Shown here: positions 21,243 to 36,200 of the stretch, in pieces
Layout of the letters: every line of letters starts with the position of its first letter
Position numbering within the stretch: position 1 is the stretch's first letter
NCBI GenBank assembly: GCA_964016885.1
Contig: OZ024740.1
Coordinates: 37,510,001 to 37,574,000, forward strand
Direction: 5' to 3'
DNA from: Eledone cirrhosa
Lineage: Eukaryota
DNA: 64,000 nucleotides
The notes under the pieces: generated by a model
What the model was told of the DNA's origin: nothing
Database searches by the model: none
What the model saw: the letters and a program-made list of their open reading frames with translations, nothing else
Program-made: the position numbers and the translations under genes

Positions 21243-24200
21243 TATGGGACATAATATATAGAACAGAGTGACCCCTGTTAAAGGTAGACATGTGACAGAA
21301 TATATAGAACACAGTGACCCCTGTTAAAAGTAGACATGTGACAGAATAAATAGAACACAGTGACCCCTGTTAAAGGTAGACATGTGACAGAATATATAGA
21401 ACACAGTGACCCCTGTTAAAGGTAGACATAGGACAGAATATATAGAACACAGTGACCCCTGTTAAAGGTAGACATAGGACAGAATATATAGAACACAGTG
21501 ACCCCTGTTAAAGGTAGACATGTGACGGAATATATAGAACACAGTGACCCCTGTTAAAGGTAGACATAGGACAGAATATATAGAACACAGTGACCCCTGT
21601 TAAAGGTAGACATGTGACAGAATATATAGAACACAGTGACCTCTGTTAAAGGTAGACATGTGACAGAATATATAGTACAGAGTGACCCCTGTTAAAGGTA
21701 GACATGTGACAGAATTTTAGAACACAGTGACCTCTGTTAAAGGTAGACATGTGACAGAATATATAGAACACAGTGACCTCTGTTAAAGGTTGACATGTGA
21801 CAGAATATATAGAACACAGTGACACCTGTTTAAGGTAGACATAGGACAGAATATATAGAACACAGTGACCCCTGTTTAAGGTAGACATAGGGCAGAATAT
21901 ATAGTACACAGTGACCCCTGTTTAAGGTAGACATAGGGCAGAATATATAGAACACAGTGACCCCTGTTAAAGGTAGACATAGGGCAGAATATATAGAACA
22001 CAGTGACCCCTGTTAAAGGTAGACATGTGACAGAATATATAGAACACAGTGACCCCTGTTAAAGATAGACATAGGACAGAATATATAGAACACAGTGACC
22101 CCTGTTTAAGGTAGACATAGGGCAGAATATATAGAACACAGTGACCCCTGTTAAAGGTCGACATAGGACACAATATATAGAACACAGTGACCCCTGTTAA
22201 AGGTAGACATTGGACAGAATATATAGAACACAGTGACCCCTGTTAAAGGTAGACATAGGACAGAATATATAGAACACAGTGACCCCTGTTATAGGTAGAC
22301 ATAGGACAGAATATATAGAACACAGTGACCCCTGTTAAAGGTAAACATGTGACAGAATATAGAGAACACAGTGACCCCTGTTAAAGGTAGACATGTGACA
22401 GAATATATAGAACACAGTGACCCCCCTTTAAAGGTAGACATGTGACAGAATATATAGAACACAGTGACCCCTGTTAAAGGTAGACATGTGACAGAATATA
22501 TAGAACACAGTGACCCCTGTTAAAGGTAGACATGTGACTGAATATATAGAACACAGTGACCCCTGTTTAAGGTAGGCATAGGACAGAATATATAGAACAG
22601 AGTGACCCCTGTTAAAGATAGACATGTGACAGAATATATAGAACACAGTGACCCCTGTTAAAGGTAGACATGTGACAGAATATATAGAACACAGTGATCC
22701 CTGTTAAAGGAAGACATGTGACAGAATATATAGAACACAGTGACCCCTGTTAAAGGTAGACATGTGACAGAATATATAGAACACAGTGACCCCTGTTAAA
22801 GGTAGACATGTGACAGAATATATAGAACACAGTGACCCCTGTTAAAGGTAGACATGTGACAGAATATATAGAACACAGTGACCCCTGTTAAAAGTAGACA
22901 TGTGACAGAATATATAGAACACAGTGACCCCTGTTAAAGGTAGACATGTGACAGAATATATAGAACACAGAGACCCCTGTTAAAGGTAGACATGTGACAG
23001 AATATATAGAACACAGTGACCCCTGTAAAAGGTAAACATGTGACAGAATATATAGAACACAGTGACCCCTGTTAAATGTAGACATAGGACAGAATATATA
23101 GAACACAGTGACCCCTGTTAAAGGTAGACATGAGACAGAATATATAGAAAACAGTGACCCCTGTTAAAGGTAGACATGTGACAGAATATATAGAACACAG
23201 TGACCCCTGTTAAAGGTAAACATGTGACAGAATATATAGAACACAGTGACCCCTGTTTAAGGTAGACATGTGACAGAATATATAGAACACAGTGACCCCT
23301 GTTAAATGTAGACATGTGACAGAATATATAGAACACAGTGACCCCTGTTTAAGGTAGACATGTGACAGAATATATAGAACACTGTGAACCCTGTTAAAGG
23401 TAGACATGTGAGAGAATATATAGAACACAGTGACCCCTGTTTAAGGTAGACATGTGACAGAATATATAGAACACAGTGACCCCTGTTAAAGGTAGACATA
23501 GGACAGAATATATAGAACACATTGACGCTTGTTTAAGGTAGACATGTGACAGAATATATAGAACACAGTGACCCCTGTTAAAGGTAGACATGTGACAGAA
23601 TATATAGAACACAGTGACCCCTGTTAAAGGTAGACATGAGACAGAATATATAGAACACAGTGACCCCTGTTTAAGGTAGACATGCGCCAGAATATATAGA
23701 ACACAGTGACCCCTGTTAAAGGTAGACATGTGTCAGAATATATAGAACACAGTGACCCCTGTATAAGGTAGACATGTCACAGAATATATAGAACACAGTG
23801 ACCCCTGTTAAAGGTAGACATAGGACAGAATATATAGAACACAGTGACCCCTGTTTAAGGTAGACATAGGACAGAATATATAGAACACAGTGACCCCTGT
23901 TAAAGGTAGACATGTGACAGAATATATAGAACACAGTGACCCCTGTTAAAGGTAGACATGTGACAGAATATATAGAACACAGTGACCCCTGTTAAAGGTA
24001 GACATGTGACAGAATATATAGAACACAGTGACCCCTATTAAAGGTTGACATGAGACAGAATATATAGAAAACAGTGACCCCTGTTTAAGGTAGACATGTG
24101 ACAGAATATATAGAACACAGTGACCCCTGTTAAAGGTAGACATGAGACAGAATATATAGAACACAGTGACCCCTGTTTAAGGTAGACATGCGCCAGAATA

Positions 24201-27200
24201 TATAGAACACAGTGACCCCTGTTAAAGGTAGACATGTGTCAGAATATATAGAACACAGTGACCCCTGTATGAGGTAGACATGTCACAGAATATATAGAAC
24301 ACAGTGACCCCTGTTAAAGGTAGACATAGGACAGAATATATAGAACACAGTGACCCCTGTTTAAGGTAGACATAGGACAGAATATATAGAACACAGTGAC
24401 CCCTGTTAAAGGTAGACATGTGACAGAATATATAGAAAACAGTGACCCCTGTTAAAGGTAGACATGTGACAGAATATAGAGAACACAGTGACCCCTGTTA
24501 AAGGTAGACATGTGACAGAATATATAGAACACATTGACCCCTGTTAAAGGTAGACATGTGACAGAATATAGAGAACACAGTGACCCCTGTTAAAGGTAGA
24601 CATGTGACAGAATATAGAGAACACAGTGACCCCTGTTAAAGGTAGACATGTGACAGAATATATAGAACACAGTGACCCCTGTTAAAGGTAGACATGTGAC
24701 AGAATATATAGAACACAGTGACCCCTGTTAAAGGTAGACATGTGACAGAACATATAGAACACAGTGACCCCTGTTAAAGGTAGACATGTGACAGAATATA
24801 TAGAACACATTGACCCCTGTTAAAGGTAGACATGTGACAGAATATATAGAACACAGTGACCCCTGTTATAGGTAGACATAGGACAGAATATATAGAACAC
24901 AGTGACCCCTGTTATAGGTAGACATAGGACAGAATATATAGAACACAGTGACTCATGTTAAATGTAAACATGTGACAGAATATATAGAACACAGAGACCC
25001 CTGTTAAAGTTAGAGATAGTACAGAATATATAGAACACAGTGACCCCTGTTAAAGGTAGACACAGGACAGAATATATAGAACACAGTGACCCCTGTTAAA
25101 GGTAGACATGTGACAGAATATATAGAACACACTGACCCCTGTTAAATGTAGACATGTAACAGAATATATAGAACACAGTGACCCCTGTTAAAGGTAGACA
25201 TGTGACAGAATATATAGAACACAGTGACCCCTGTTTAAGGTAGACATGTGACAGAATATATAGAACAAAGTGACCCCTGTTAAAGGTAGACATGTGACAG
25301 AATATATAGAACACAGTGACCCCTGTTAAAGGTAGACATAGGACAGAATATATAGAACACAGTGACCCCTGTTTAAGGTAGACATGTGACAGAATATATA
25401 GAACACAGTGACCCCTGTTAAAGGTAGCCATGTGACAGAATATATAGAACACAGTGACCCCTGTTTAAGGTAGACATGTGACAGAATATATAGAACAAGG
25501 TGACCCCTGTTAAAGGTAGACATGTGACAGAATATATAGAACACAGTGACCCCTGTTAAAGGTAGACATGTGACAGAATATATAGAACACAGTGACCCCT
25601 GTTTCAGGTAGACATGTGACAGAATATATAGAACACAGTGACCCCTGTTTAAGGTAGACATGTGACAGAATATATACAACACAGTGACCCCTGTTTAAGC
25701 TAGACATGTGACAGAATATATAGAACACAGTGACCCCTGTTAAAGGAAGACATAGGACAGAATATATAGAACACAGTGACCCCTGTTAAAGGTGGACATG
25801 TGACAGAATATATAGAACACAGTGACCCCTGTTAAAGGTAGACATGTGAGAGAATATATAGAACACAGTGACCCCTGTTTAAGGTAGACATGTGACAGAA
25901 TATATAGAACACAGTGACCCCTGTTAAAGGTAGACATAGGACAGAATATATAGAACACATTGACGCTTGTTTAAGGTAGACATGTGACAGAATATATAGA
26001 ACACAGTGACCCCTGTTAAAGGTAGACATGTGACAGAATATATAGAACACAGTGACCCCTGTTAAAGGTAGACATGAGACAGAATATATAGAACACAGTG
26101 ACCCCTGTTTAAGGTAGACATGCGCCAGAATATATAGAACACAGTGACCCCTTTTAAAGGTAGACATGTGTCAGAATATATAGAACACAGTGACCCCTGT
26201 ATAAGGTAGACATGTCACAGAATATATAGAACACAGTGACCCCTGTTAAAGGTAGACATAGGACAGAATATATAGAACACAGTGACCCCTGTTTAAGGTA
26301 GACATAGGACAGAATATATAGAACACAGTGACCCCTGTTAAAGGTAGACATGTGACAGAATATATAGAACACAGTGACCCCTGTTAAAGGTAGACATGTG
26401 ACAGAATATATAGAACACAGTGACCCCTGTTAAAGGTAGACATGTGACAGAATATATAGAACACAGTGACCCCTATTAAAGGTTGACATGAGACAGAATA
26501 TATAGAAAACAGTGACCCCTGTTTAAGGTAGACATGTGACAGAATATATAGAACACAGTGACCCCTGTTAAAGGTAGACATGAGACAGAATATATAGAAC
26601 ACAGTGACCCCTGTTTAAGGTAGACATGCGCCAGAATATATAGAACACAGTGACCCCTGTTAAAGGTAGACATGTGTCAGAATATATATAACACAGTGAC
26701 CCCTGTATGAGGTAGACATGTCACAGAATATATAGAACACAGTGACCCCTGTTAAAGGTAGACATAGGACAGAATATATAGAACACAGTGACCCCTGTTT
26801 AAGGTAGACATAGGACAGAATATATAGAACACAGTGACCCCTGTTAAAGGTAGACATGTGACAGAATATATAGAAAACAGTGACCCCTGTTAAAGGTAGA
26901 CATGTGACAGAATATAGAGAACACAGTGACCCCTGTTAAAGGTAGACATGTGACAGAATATATAGAACACATTGACCCCTGTTAAAGGTAGACATGTGAC
27001 AGAATATAGAGAACACAGTGACCCCTGTTAAAGGTAGACATGTGACAGAATATAGAGAACACAGTGACCCCTGTTAAAGGTAGACATGTGACAGAATATA
27101 TAGAACACAGTGACCCCTGTTAAAGGTAGACATGTGACAGAATATATAGAACACAGTGACCCCTGTTAAAGGTAGACATGTGACAGAACATATAGAACAC

Positions 27201-30200
27201 AGTGACCCCTGTTAAAGGTAGACATGTGACAGAATATATAGAACACATTGACCCCTGTTAAAGGTAGACATGTGACAGAATATATAGAACACAGTGACCC
27301 CTGTTATAGGTAGACATAGGACAGAATATATAGAACACAGTGACCCCTGTTATAGGTAGACATAGGACAGAATATATAGAACACAGTGACTCATGTTAAA
27401 TGTAAACATGTGACAGAATATATAGAACACAGAGACCCCTGTTAAAGTTAGAGATAGTACAGAATATATAGAACACAGTGACCCCTGTTAAAGGTAGACA
27501 CAGGACAGAATATATAGAACACAGTGACCCCTGTTAAAGGTAGACATGTGACAGAATATATAGAACACACTGACCCCTGTTAAATGTAGACATGTAACAG
27601 AATATATAGAACACAGTGACCCCTGTTAAAGGTAGACATGTGACAGAATATATAGAACACAGTGACCCCTGTTTAAGGTAGACATGTGACAGAATATATA
27701 GAACAAAGTGACCCCTGTTAAAGGTAGACATGTGACAGAATATATAGAACACAGTGACCCCTGTTAAAGGTAGACATAGGACAGAATATATAGAACACAG
27801 TGACCCCTGTTTAAGGTAGACATGTGACAGAATATATAGAACACAGTGACCCCTGTTAAAGGTAGCCATGTGACAGAATATATAGAACACAGTGACCCCT
27901 GTTTAAGGTAGACATGTGACAGAATATATAGAACAAGGTGACCCCTGTTAAAGGTAGACATGTGACAGAATATATAGAACACAGTGACCCCTGTTAAAGG
28001 TAGACATGTGACAGAATATATAGAACACAGTGACCCCTGTTTCAGGTAGACATGTGACAGAATATATAGAACACAGTGACCCCTGTTTAAGGTAGACATG
28101 TGACAGAATATATACAACACAGTGACCCCTGTTTAAGCTAGACATGTGACAGAATATATAGAACACAGTGACCCCTGTTAAAGGAAGACATAGGACAGAA
28201 TATATAGAACACAGTGACCCCTGTTAAAGGTGGACATGTGACAGAATATATAGAACACAGTGACCCCTGTTAAAGGTAGACATGTGACAGAATATATAGA
28301 ACACAGTGACCCCTGTTTAAGGTAGACATAGAACAGAATATATAGAACACAGTGACCCCTGTTAAAGGTAGAAAGGAGAGAGAATATATAGAACACAGTG
28401 ACCCCTGTTTAAGGTAGACATGTGACAGAATATATAGAACACAGTGACCCCTGTAAAGGTAGACATGTGATAGAATACATAGAACACAGAGACCCCTGTT
28501 TAAGGTAGACATGTGACAGAATATATAGAACACAGTGACCCCTGTTAAAGGTAGACATGTGACAGAATATATAGAACACAGTGACCCCTGTTTAAGGTAG
28601 ACATGAGACAGAATATATAGAACACAGTGACCCCTGTTAAAGGTAGACATAGGACAGAATATATAGAACACAGTGACCCCTGTTAAAGGTAGACATAGGA
28701 CAGAATATATAGAACACAGTGACCCCTGTTAAAGGTAGACATAGGACAGAATATATAGAACACAGTGACCCCTGTTAAAGGTAGACATGAGACAGAATAT
28801 ATAGAACACAGTGACCCCTGTTTAAAGTAGACATGTGATAGAATATATAGAACACAGTGGGCCCCTGTTTAAGGAAGACATAGGACAGAATATATAGAAC
28901 ACAGTGACCCCAGTTAAAGGTAGACATAGGACAGAATATATAGAACACAGTGACCCCTGTTAAAGGTAGAAAGGAGAGAGAATATATAGAACACAGTGAC
29001 CCCTGTTAAAGGAAGACATAGGACAGAATATATAGAACACAATGACCCTTGTTAAAGGTAGACATGTGACAGAATATATAGAACACAGTGACCCCTGTTT
29101 AAGGTAGACATGTGACAGAATATATAGAACACTGTGACCCCTGTTTAAGATAGAGATAGGACAGAATATATAGAACACAGTGACCCTAGATTAAGGTTGA
29201 CATGTGACAGAATATATAGAACACAGTGACCCCGGCTAAATGTAAACATGTGACAGAATATATAGAACACAGTGACCCCTGTTTAAGGTAGACATGTGAC
29301 AGAAGATATAGAACACAGTGACCCCTGTTAAATGTAGACATGAGACAGAATATATAGAACACAGTGACACCTGTTTAAGGTAGACAGGTGACAGAATATT
29401 TAGAACACAGTGACCCCTGTTTAAGGAAGACATAGGACAGAATATATAGAACACATTGACCCCTGTTAAAGGTAGACATAGGACAGAATATATAGAACAC
29501 AGTGACCCCTGTTTAAGGTAGACATAAGACAGAATATATAGAACACATTGACCCCTGTTAAAGGTAGAAAGGAGAGAGAATATATAGAACACAGTGACCC
29601 CTTTTAAAGATAGACATGTGACAGAATATATAGAACACAGTGACCCCTGTTTAAGGTAGACATGTGACAGAATATATAGAACACAGTGACCCCTGTTTAA
29701 GGTAGACGTAGGACAGAATACATAGAACACAGTGACCCCTGTTTAAGGTAGACATAAGACAGAATATATAGAACACATTGACCCCTGTTAAAGGTAGACA
29801 TGTGATAGAATATATAGAACACAGTGACCCCTGTTAAAGGTAGACATAGGACAGAATATATAGAACACAGTGACCCCTGTTAAATGTAAACATGTGACAG
29901 AATATATAGAACACAGTGACCCCTGTTAGAGGTAGACATGTGACAGAATATATAGAACACAGTGACCCCTGTTAAAGGTAGACATAGGACAGAATATATT
30001 GAACACAGTGGCCCCTGTTAAAGGTAGACATGTGACAGAATATATAGAACACAGTGACCCCTGTTTAAGGTAGACATGTAACAGAATATATAGAACACAG
30101 TAGCCCCTGTTAAAGGTAGACATGTCACAGAATATATAGAACACAGTGACCCCTGTTAAAGATGGACATGTGATAGAATATATAGAACACAGTGACCCCT

Positions 30201-33200
30201 GTTAAATGTAGACATGTGACAGAATATATAGAACACAGTGACCCCTGTTATAGGTAGACATGTGACAGAATATATAGAACACAGTGACCCCTGTTTAAGG
30301 TAGACATAGGACAGAATATATAGAACACAGTGACCCCTGTTTAAGATAGAGATAGGACAGAATATATAGAACACAGTGACCCCTGTTAAAGGTAGACATG
30401 TGACAGAATATATAGAACACAGTGACCCCTGTTAAATATAGACATGTGACAGAATATATAGAACACAGTGACCCCTGTTATAGGTAGACATGTGACAGAA
30501 TATATAGAACACAGTGACCCCTGTTTAAGGTAGACATAGGACTGAATATACAGAACACAGTGACCCTGTTTAAGGTAGACATAGGACAGAATATATAGAA
30601 CACAGTGACCCCTGTGAAAGTTAGAGATAGGACAGAATATATAGAACACAGTAACCCCTGTTAAAGGTAGACATGTGACAGAATATATAGAACACAGTGA
30701 CCCCTGTTAAATGTAGACATGTGACAGAATATTTAGAACACAGTGACCCCTGTTAAAGGTAGACATGTGACAGAATATATAGAACACAGTGACCCCTGTT
30801 ATAGGTAGACATGTGACAGAATATATAGAACACAGTGACCCCTGTTAAAGGTAGACGTAGGACAGAATATATAAAACACAGTGACCACTGTTAAAGGTAG
30901 ACATGTGACAGAATATATAGAACACAGTGACCCCTGCTAAAGGTAGACAGGTGACAGAATATATAGAACACAGTGACCCCTGTTAGAGGTAGACATGTGA
31001 CAGAATATATAGAACACAGTGAACCCTGTTAAAGGTAGACATGTGACAGAATATATAGAACACAGTGACCCCTGTTAAAGGTAGACATGTGACAGAATAT
31101 ATAGAACACAGTGACCCCTGTTAAAGGTAGACATGTGACAGAATATATAGAACACAGTGACCCCTGTTAGAGGTAGACATGTGACAGAATATATAGTACA
31201 CAGTGACCCCTGTTAAAGGTAGACATGTGACAGAATATATAGAACACAGTGACCCCTGCTAAATGTAAACATGTGACAGAATATATAGAACACAGTGACC
31301 CCTGTTAAAGGTAGACATGTGACAGAATATATAGAACACAGTGACCCCTGTTAAAGGTAGACATGTGACAGAATATATAGAACACAGAGACCCCTGTTAG
31401 AGGTAGACATGTGACAGAATATATAGAACACAGTGACCCCTGTTAAAGGTAGACATGTGACAGAATATATAGAACACAGTGACCCCTGCTAAATGTGAAC
31501 ACGTGACAGAATATATAGAACACAGAGACCCCTGTTAGAGGTAGACATGTGACAGAATATATAGAACACAGTGACCCCTGTTAAATGTAGACATGTGACA
31601 GAATATATAGAACACAGTGACCCCTGTTTAAGGTAGACATGTGATAGAATATATAGAACACAGTGACCCCTGTTAAAGTTAGACATAGGACAGAATACAT
31701 AGAACACAGTGACTCCTGCTAAATGTAAACATGTGACAGAATATATAGAACACAGTGACCCCTGTTAAAGGTAGACATGTGACAGAATATATAGAACACA
31801 GTGACCCCTGTTAGAGGTAGACATGTGACAGAATATATAGAACACAGTGACCCCTGTTAAAGGCAGACATGTGACAGAATATATAGAACACAGTGACCCC
31901 TGTTAAAGGTAGACATGTGACAGAATATATAGAACACAGTGACCCCTGCTAAATGTAACCATGTGACAGAATATATAGAACACAGTGACCCCTGTTAAAG
32001 GTAGACATGTGACAGAATATATAGAACACAGTGACCCCTGTTAGAGGTAGACATGTGACAGAATATATAGAACACAGTGACCCCTGTTTAAGGTAGACAT
32101 GTGACAGAATATATAGAACACAGTGACCCCTGTTAAAGGTAGACATGTGACAGAATATATAGAACACAGTGACCCCTGTTAAAGGTAGACATGTGACAGA
32201 ATATATAGAACACAGAGACCCCTGTTAGAGGTAGACATGTGACAGAATATATAGAACACAGTGACCCCTGTTTAAGGTAGACATGTGACAGAATATATAG
32301 AACACAGTGACCCCTGTTAAAGGTAGACATGTGACAGAATATATAGAACACAGTGACCCCTGTTAAAGGTAGACATGTGACAGAATATATAGAACACAGT
32401 GACCCCTGTTAAAGGTAGACATGTGACAGAATATATAGAACACAGTGACCCCTGTTAAAGGTAGACATGTGACAGAATATATAGAACACAGAGTCCCCTG
32501 TTAAAGGTAGACATGTGACAGAATATATAGAACACAGTGACCCCTGTTAAAGGTAGACATGAGACAGAATATATAGAACACAGTGACCCCTGTTTAAGGT
32601 AGACATGTGACAGAATATACAGAACACAGTGATCCCTGTTTAAGGTAGGCATGTGACAGAATATACAGAACACAGTGACCCCTGTTTAAGGTAGACATGT
32701 GACAGAATATATAGAACACTGTGAACCCTGTTTAAGGTAAACATGTGTCAGAATATATAGAACACAGTGACCCCTGTTAAAGGTAGACATGTGACAGAAT
32801 ATATAGAACACAGTGACCCCTGTTTAAGGTAGACATAGGACAGAATATATAGAACACAGTGACCCCTGTTTAAGGTAGACATGTGACAGAATATATAGAA
32901 CACAGTGACCCCTGTTTAAGGTAGCCATGTGCCAGAATATATAGAACACAGTGACCCCTGTTTAAGGTAGACATGTGACAGAATATATAGAACAGAGTAA
33001 CCCCTGTTAAAGGTATACATGTGACAGAATATATAGAACACAGTGACCCCTGTTTAAGGTAGACATAGGACAGAATATATAGAACACAGTGACCCTTGTT
33101 AAAGGTAGACATAGGACAGAATATATAGAACACAGTGACCCCTGTTTAAGGTAGACATAGGACAGAATATATAGAACACAGTGACCCCTGTTAAATGTAA

Positions 33201-36200
33201 ACATGTGACAGAATATATAGAACACAGTGACCCCTGTTAAAGGTAGACATAGGACAGAATATATAGAACACAGAGACCCCTGTTTAAGGTAGACATAGCA
33301 CAGAATATATAGAACACAGTGACCCCTGTTTAAGGTAGACATAGGACAGAATATATAGAACACAGTGACCCCTGTTTAAGGTAGACATCGGACAGAATAT
33401 ATAGAACACTGTGAACCCTGTTTAAGTTAGACATGTGACTGAATATATAGAGTAGAGTGACCCCTGTTTAAGGTAGACATAGGACAGAATATATAGAACA
33501 CAGTGACCCCTGTTTAAGGTAGACATGTGATAGAATATATAGAACACAGTGACCCCTGTTAAAGGTAGACATAGGACAGAATACATAGAACACAGTGACC
33601 CCTGCTAAATGTAAACATGTGACAGAATATATAGAACACAGTGACCCCTGTTAAAGGTACACATGTGACAGAATATATAGAACACAGTGACCCCTGTTAA
33701 AGGTAGACAGGTGACAGAATATATAGAACACAGAGACCCCTGTTAGAGGTAGACATGTGACAGAATATATAGAACACAGTGACCCCTGTTAAAGGTAGAC
33801 ATGTGACAGAATATATAGAACACAGTGACCCCTGTTAAAGGTAGACATGTGACAGAATATATAGAACACAGTGACCCCTGTTAAAGGTAGACATGTGACA
33901 GAATATAGAGAACACAGTGACCCCTGTTAGAGGTAGACATGTGACAGAATATATAGAACACAGTGACCCCTGTTAAAGGTAGACATGTGACAGAATATAT
34001 AGAACACAGTGACCCCTGTTAAATGTAGACATGTGACAGAATATATAGAACACAGTGACCCCCTGCTAAATGTAAACATGTGACAGAATATATAGAACAC
34101 AGTGACCCCTGTTAAAGGTAGACATGTGACAGAATATACAGAACACAGTGACCCCTGTTAAAGCTAGACATGTGACAGAATATATAGAACACAGAGACCC
34201 CTGTTAGAGGTAGACATGTGACAGAATATATAGAACACAGTGACCCCTGTTAGAGGTAGACATGTGACAGAATATATAGAACACAGTGACCCCTGTTACA
34301 GGTAGACATGTGACAGAATATATAGAACACAGTGACCCCTGTTAAAGGTAGACATGTGACAGAATATATAGAACACAGTGACCCCTGCTAAATGTAAACA
34401 TGTGACAGAATATATAGAACACAGTGACCCCTGTTAAAGGTAGACATGTGACAGAATATATAGAACACCGTGACCCCTGTTAAAGGTAGACATGTGACAG
34501 AATATATAGAACACAGAGTCCCCTGTTAAAGGTAGACATGTGACAGAATATAATGAACATAGACACCCCTGTTAAAGGTAGACATGTGACAGAACATATA
34601 GAACACAGTGACCCCTGTTAAAGGTAGACATGAGACAGAATATATAGAACACAGTGACCCCTGTTTAAGGTAGACATGTGACAGAATATATAGAACACAG
34701 TGATCCCTGTTTAAGGTAGACATGTGACAGAATATATAGAACACAGTGACCCCTGTTTAAGGTAGCCATGTGACAGAATATATTGAACACAGTGACCCCT
34801 GTTTAAGCTAGACGTATGACAGAATATATAGAACACTGTGAACCCTGTTTAAGTTAGACATGTGACAGAATATATAGAACACAGTGACCCCTGTTTAAGG
34901 TAGCCATGTGACATAATATATAGAACACAGTGACCCCTGTTTAAGGTAGACATGTGACAGAATATATAGTACAGAGTGACCCCTGTTAAAGGTAGACATG
35001 TGACAGAATATATAGAACACAGTGACCCCTGTTAAAGATAGACATGTGATAGAATATATAGAACACAGTGACCCCTGTTAAAGGTAGACATAGGACAGAA
35101 TATATAGAACACAGTGACCCCTGTTTAAGTTAAAGATAGGACAGATTATATAGAACACGGTGACCCCTGTTAAAGGTAGACATGTGACAGAATATATAGA
35201 ACACAGTGACCCCTGTTAAATATAGACATGTGACAGAATATATAGAACACAGTGACCCCTGTTATAGGTAGACATGTAACAGAATATATAGAACACAGTG
35301 ACCCCTGTTAAATGTAAACATGTGACAGAATATATAGAACACAGTGACCCCTGTTAAAGGTAGACATAGGACAGACTATATAGAACACAGTGACCCCTGT
35401 TTAAGGTAGACATAGGACAGAATATATAGAACACAGTGACCCCTGTTAAAGGTAGACATAGGACAGAATATATAGAACACAGTGACCCCTGTTTAAGTTA
35501 GAGATAGCACAGAATATATAGAACACAGTGACCCCTGTTAAAGGTAGACATGTGCCAGAATATATAGAACACAGTGACCCCTGTTAAATGTAGACATGTG
35601 ACAGAATATTTAGAACACAGTGACCCCTGTTAAAGGTAGACATGTGACAGAATATATAGAACACAGTGACCCCTGTTAAATGTAAACATGTGATAGAATA
35701 TATAGAACACAGTGACCCCTGTTAAAGTTAGACATGTGACAAAATATATAGAACACAGTGACCCCTGTTAAAGGTAGACATGTGACAGAATATAGAGAAC
35801 ACAGTGACCCCTGTTAGAGGTAGACATGTGACAGAATATATAGAACACAGTGACCCCTGTTTAAGGTAGACATAGGACTGAATATACAGAACACAGTGAC
35901 CCTGTTTAAGGTAGACATAGGACAGAATATATAGAACACAGTGACCCCTGTGAAAGTTAGACATGTGACAGAATATATAGAACACAGTGACCCCTGTTAA
36001 AGGTAGACATGTGACAGAATATATAGAACACAGTGACCCCTGTTTAAGGTAGACATAGGACAGAATATATAGAACACAGTGACCCCTGTTTAAGGTAGAC
36101 ATAGGACAGAATATATAGAACACAGTGACCACTGTTAAAGGTCGACATAGGACAGATTATATAGAACACAGTGACCCCTGTTTAAGGTAGACATGTGACA

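Noticed and set aside
21330-21360. p53 half-site (AGACATGTGA), E-box (CATGTG) and heat-shock element-like GAA pairs in the monomer
   Set aside because: The p53 match fails at two positions and has no adjacent half-site, the GAA spacing is 9 rather than 10, and short motifs are expected by chance.
21310-21400. Splice-like signals in the monomer (CACAG|TGAC...AAAG|GTAGAC) as a microexon array
   Set aside because: The implied introns are only 31 nt, there is no polypyrimidine tract or branch site, and no flanking gene is evident.
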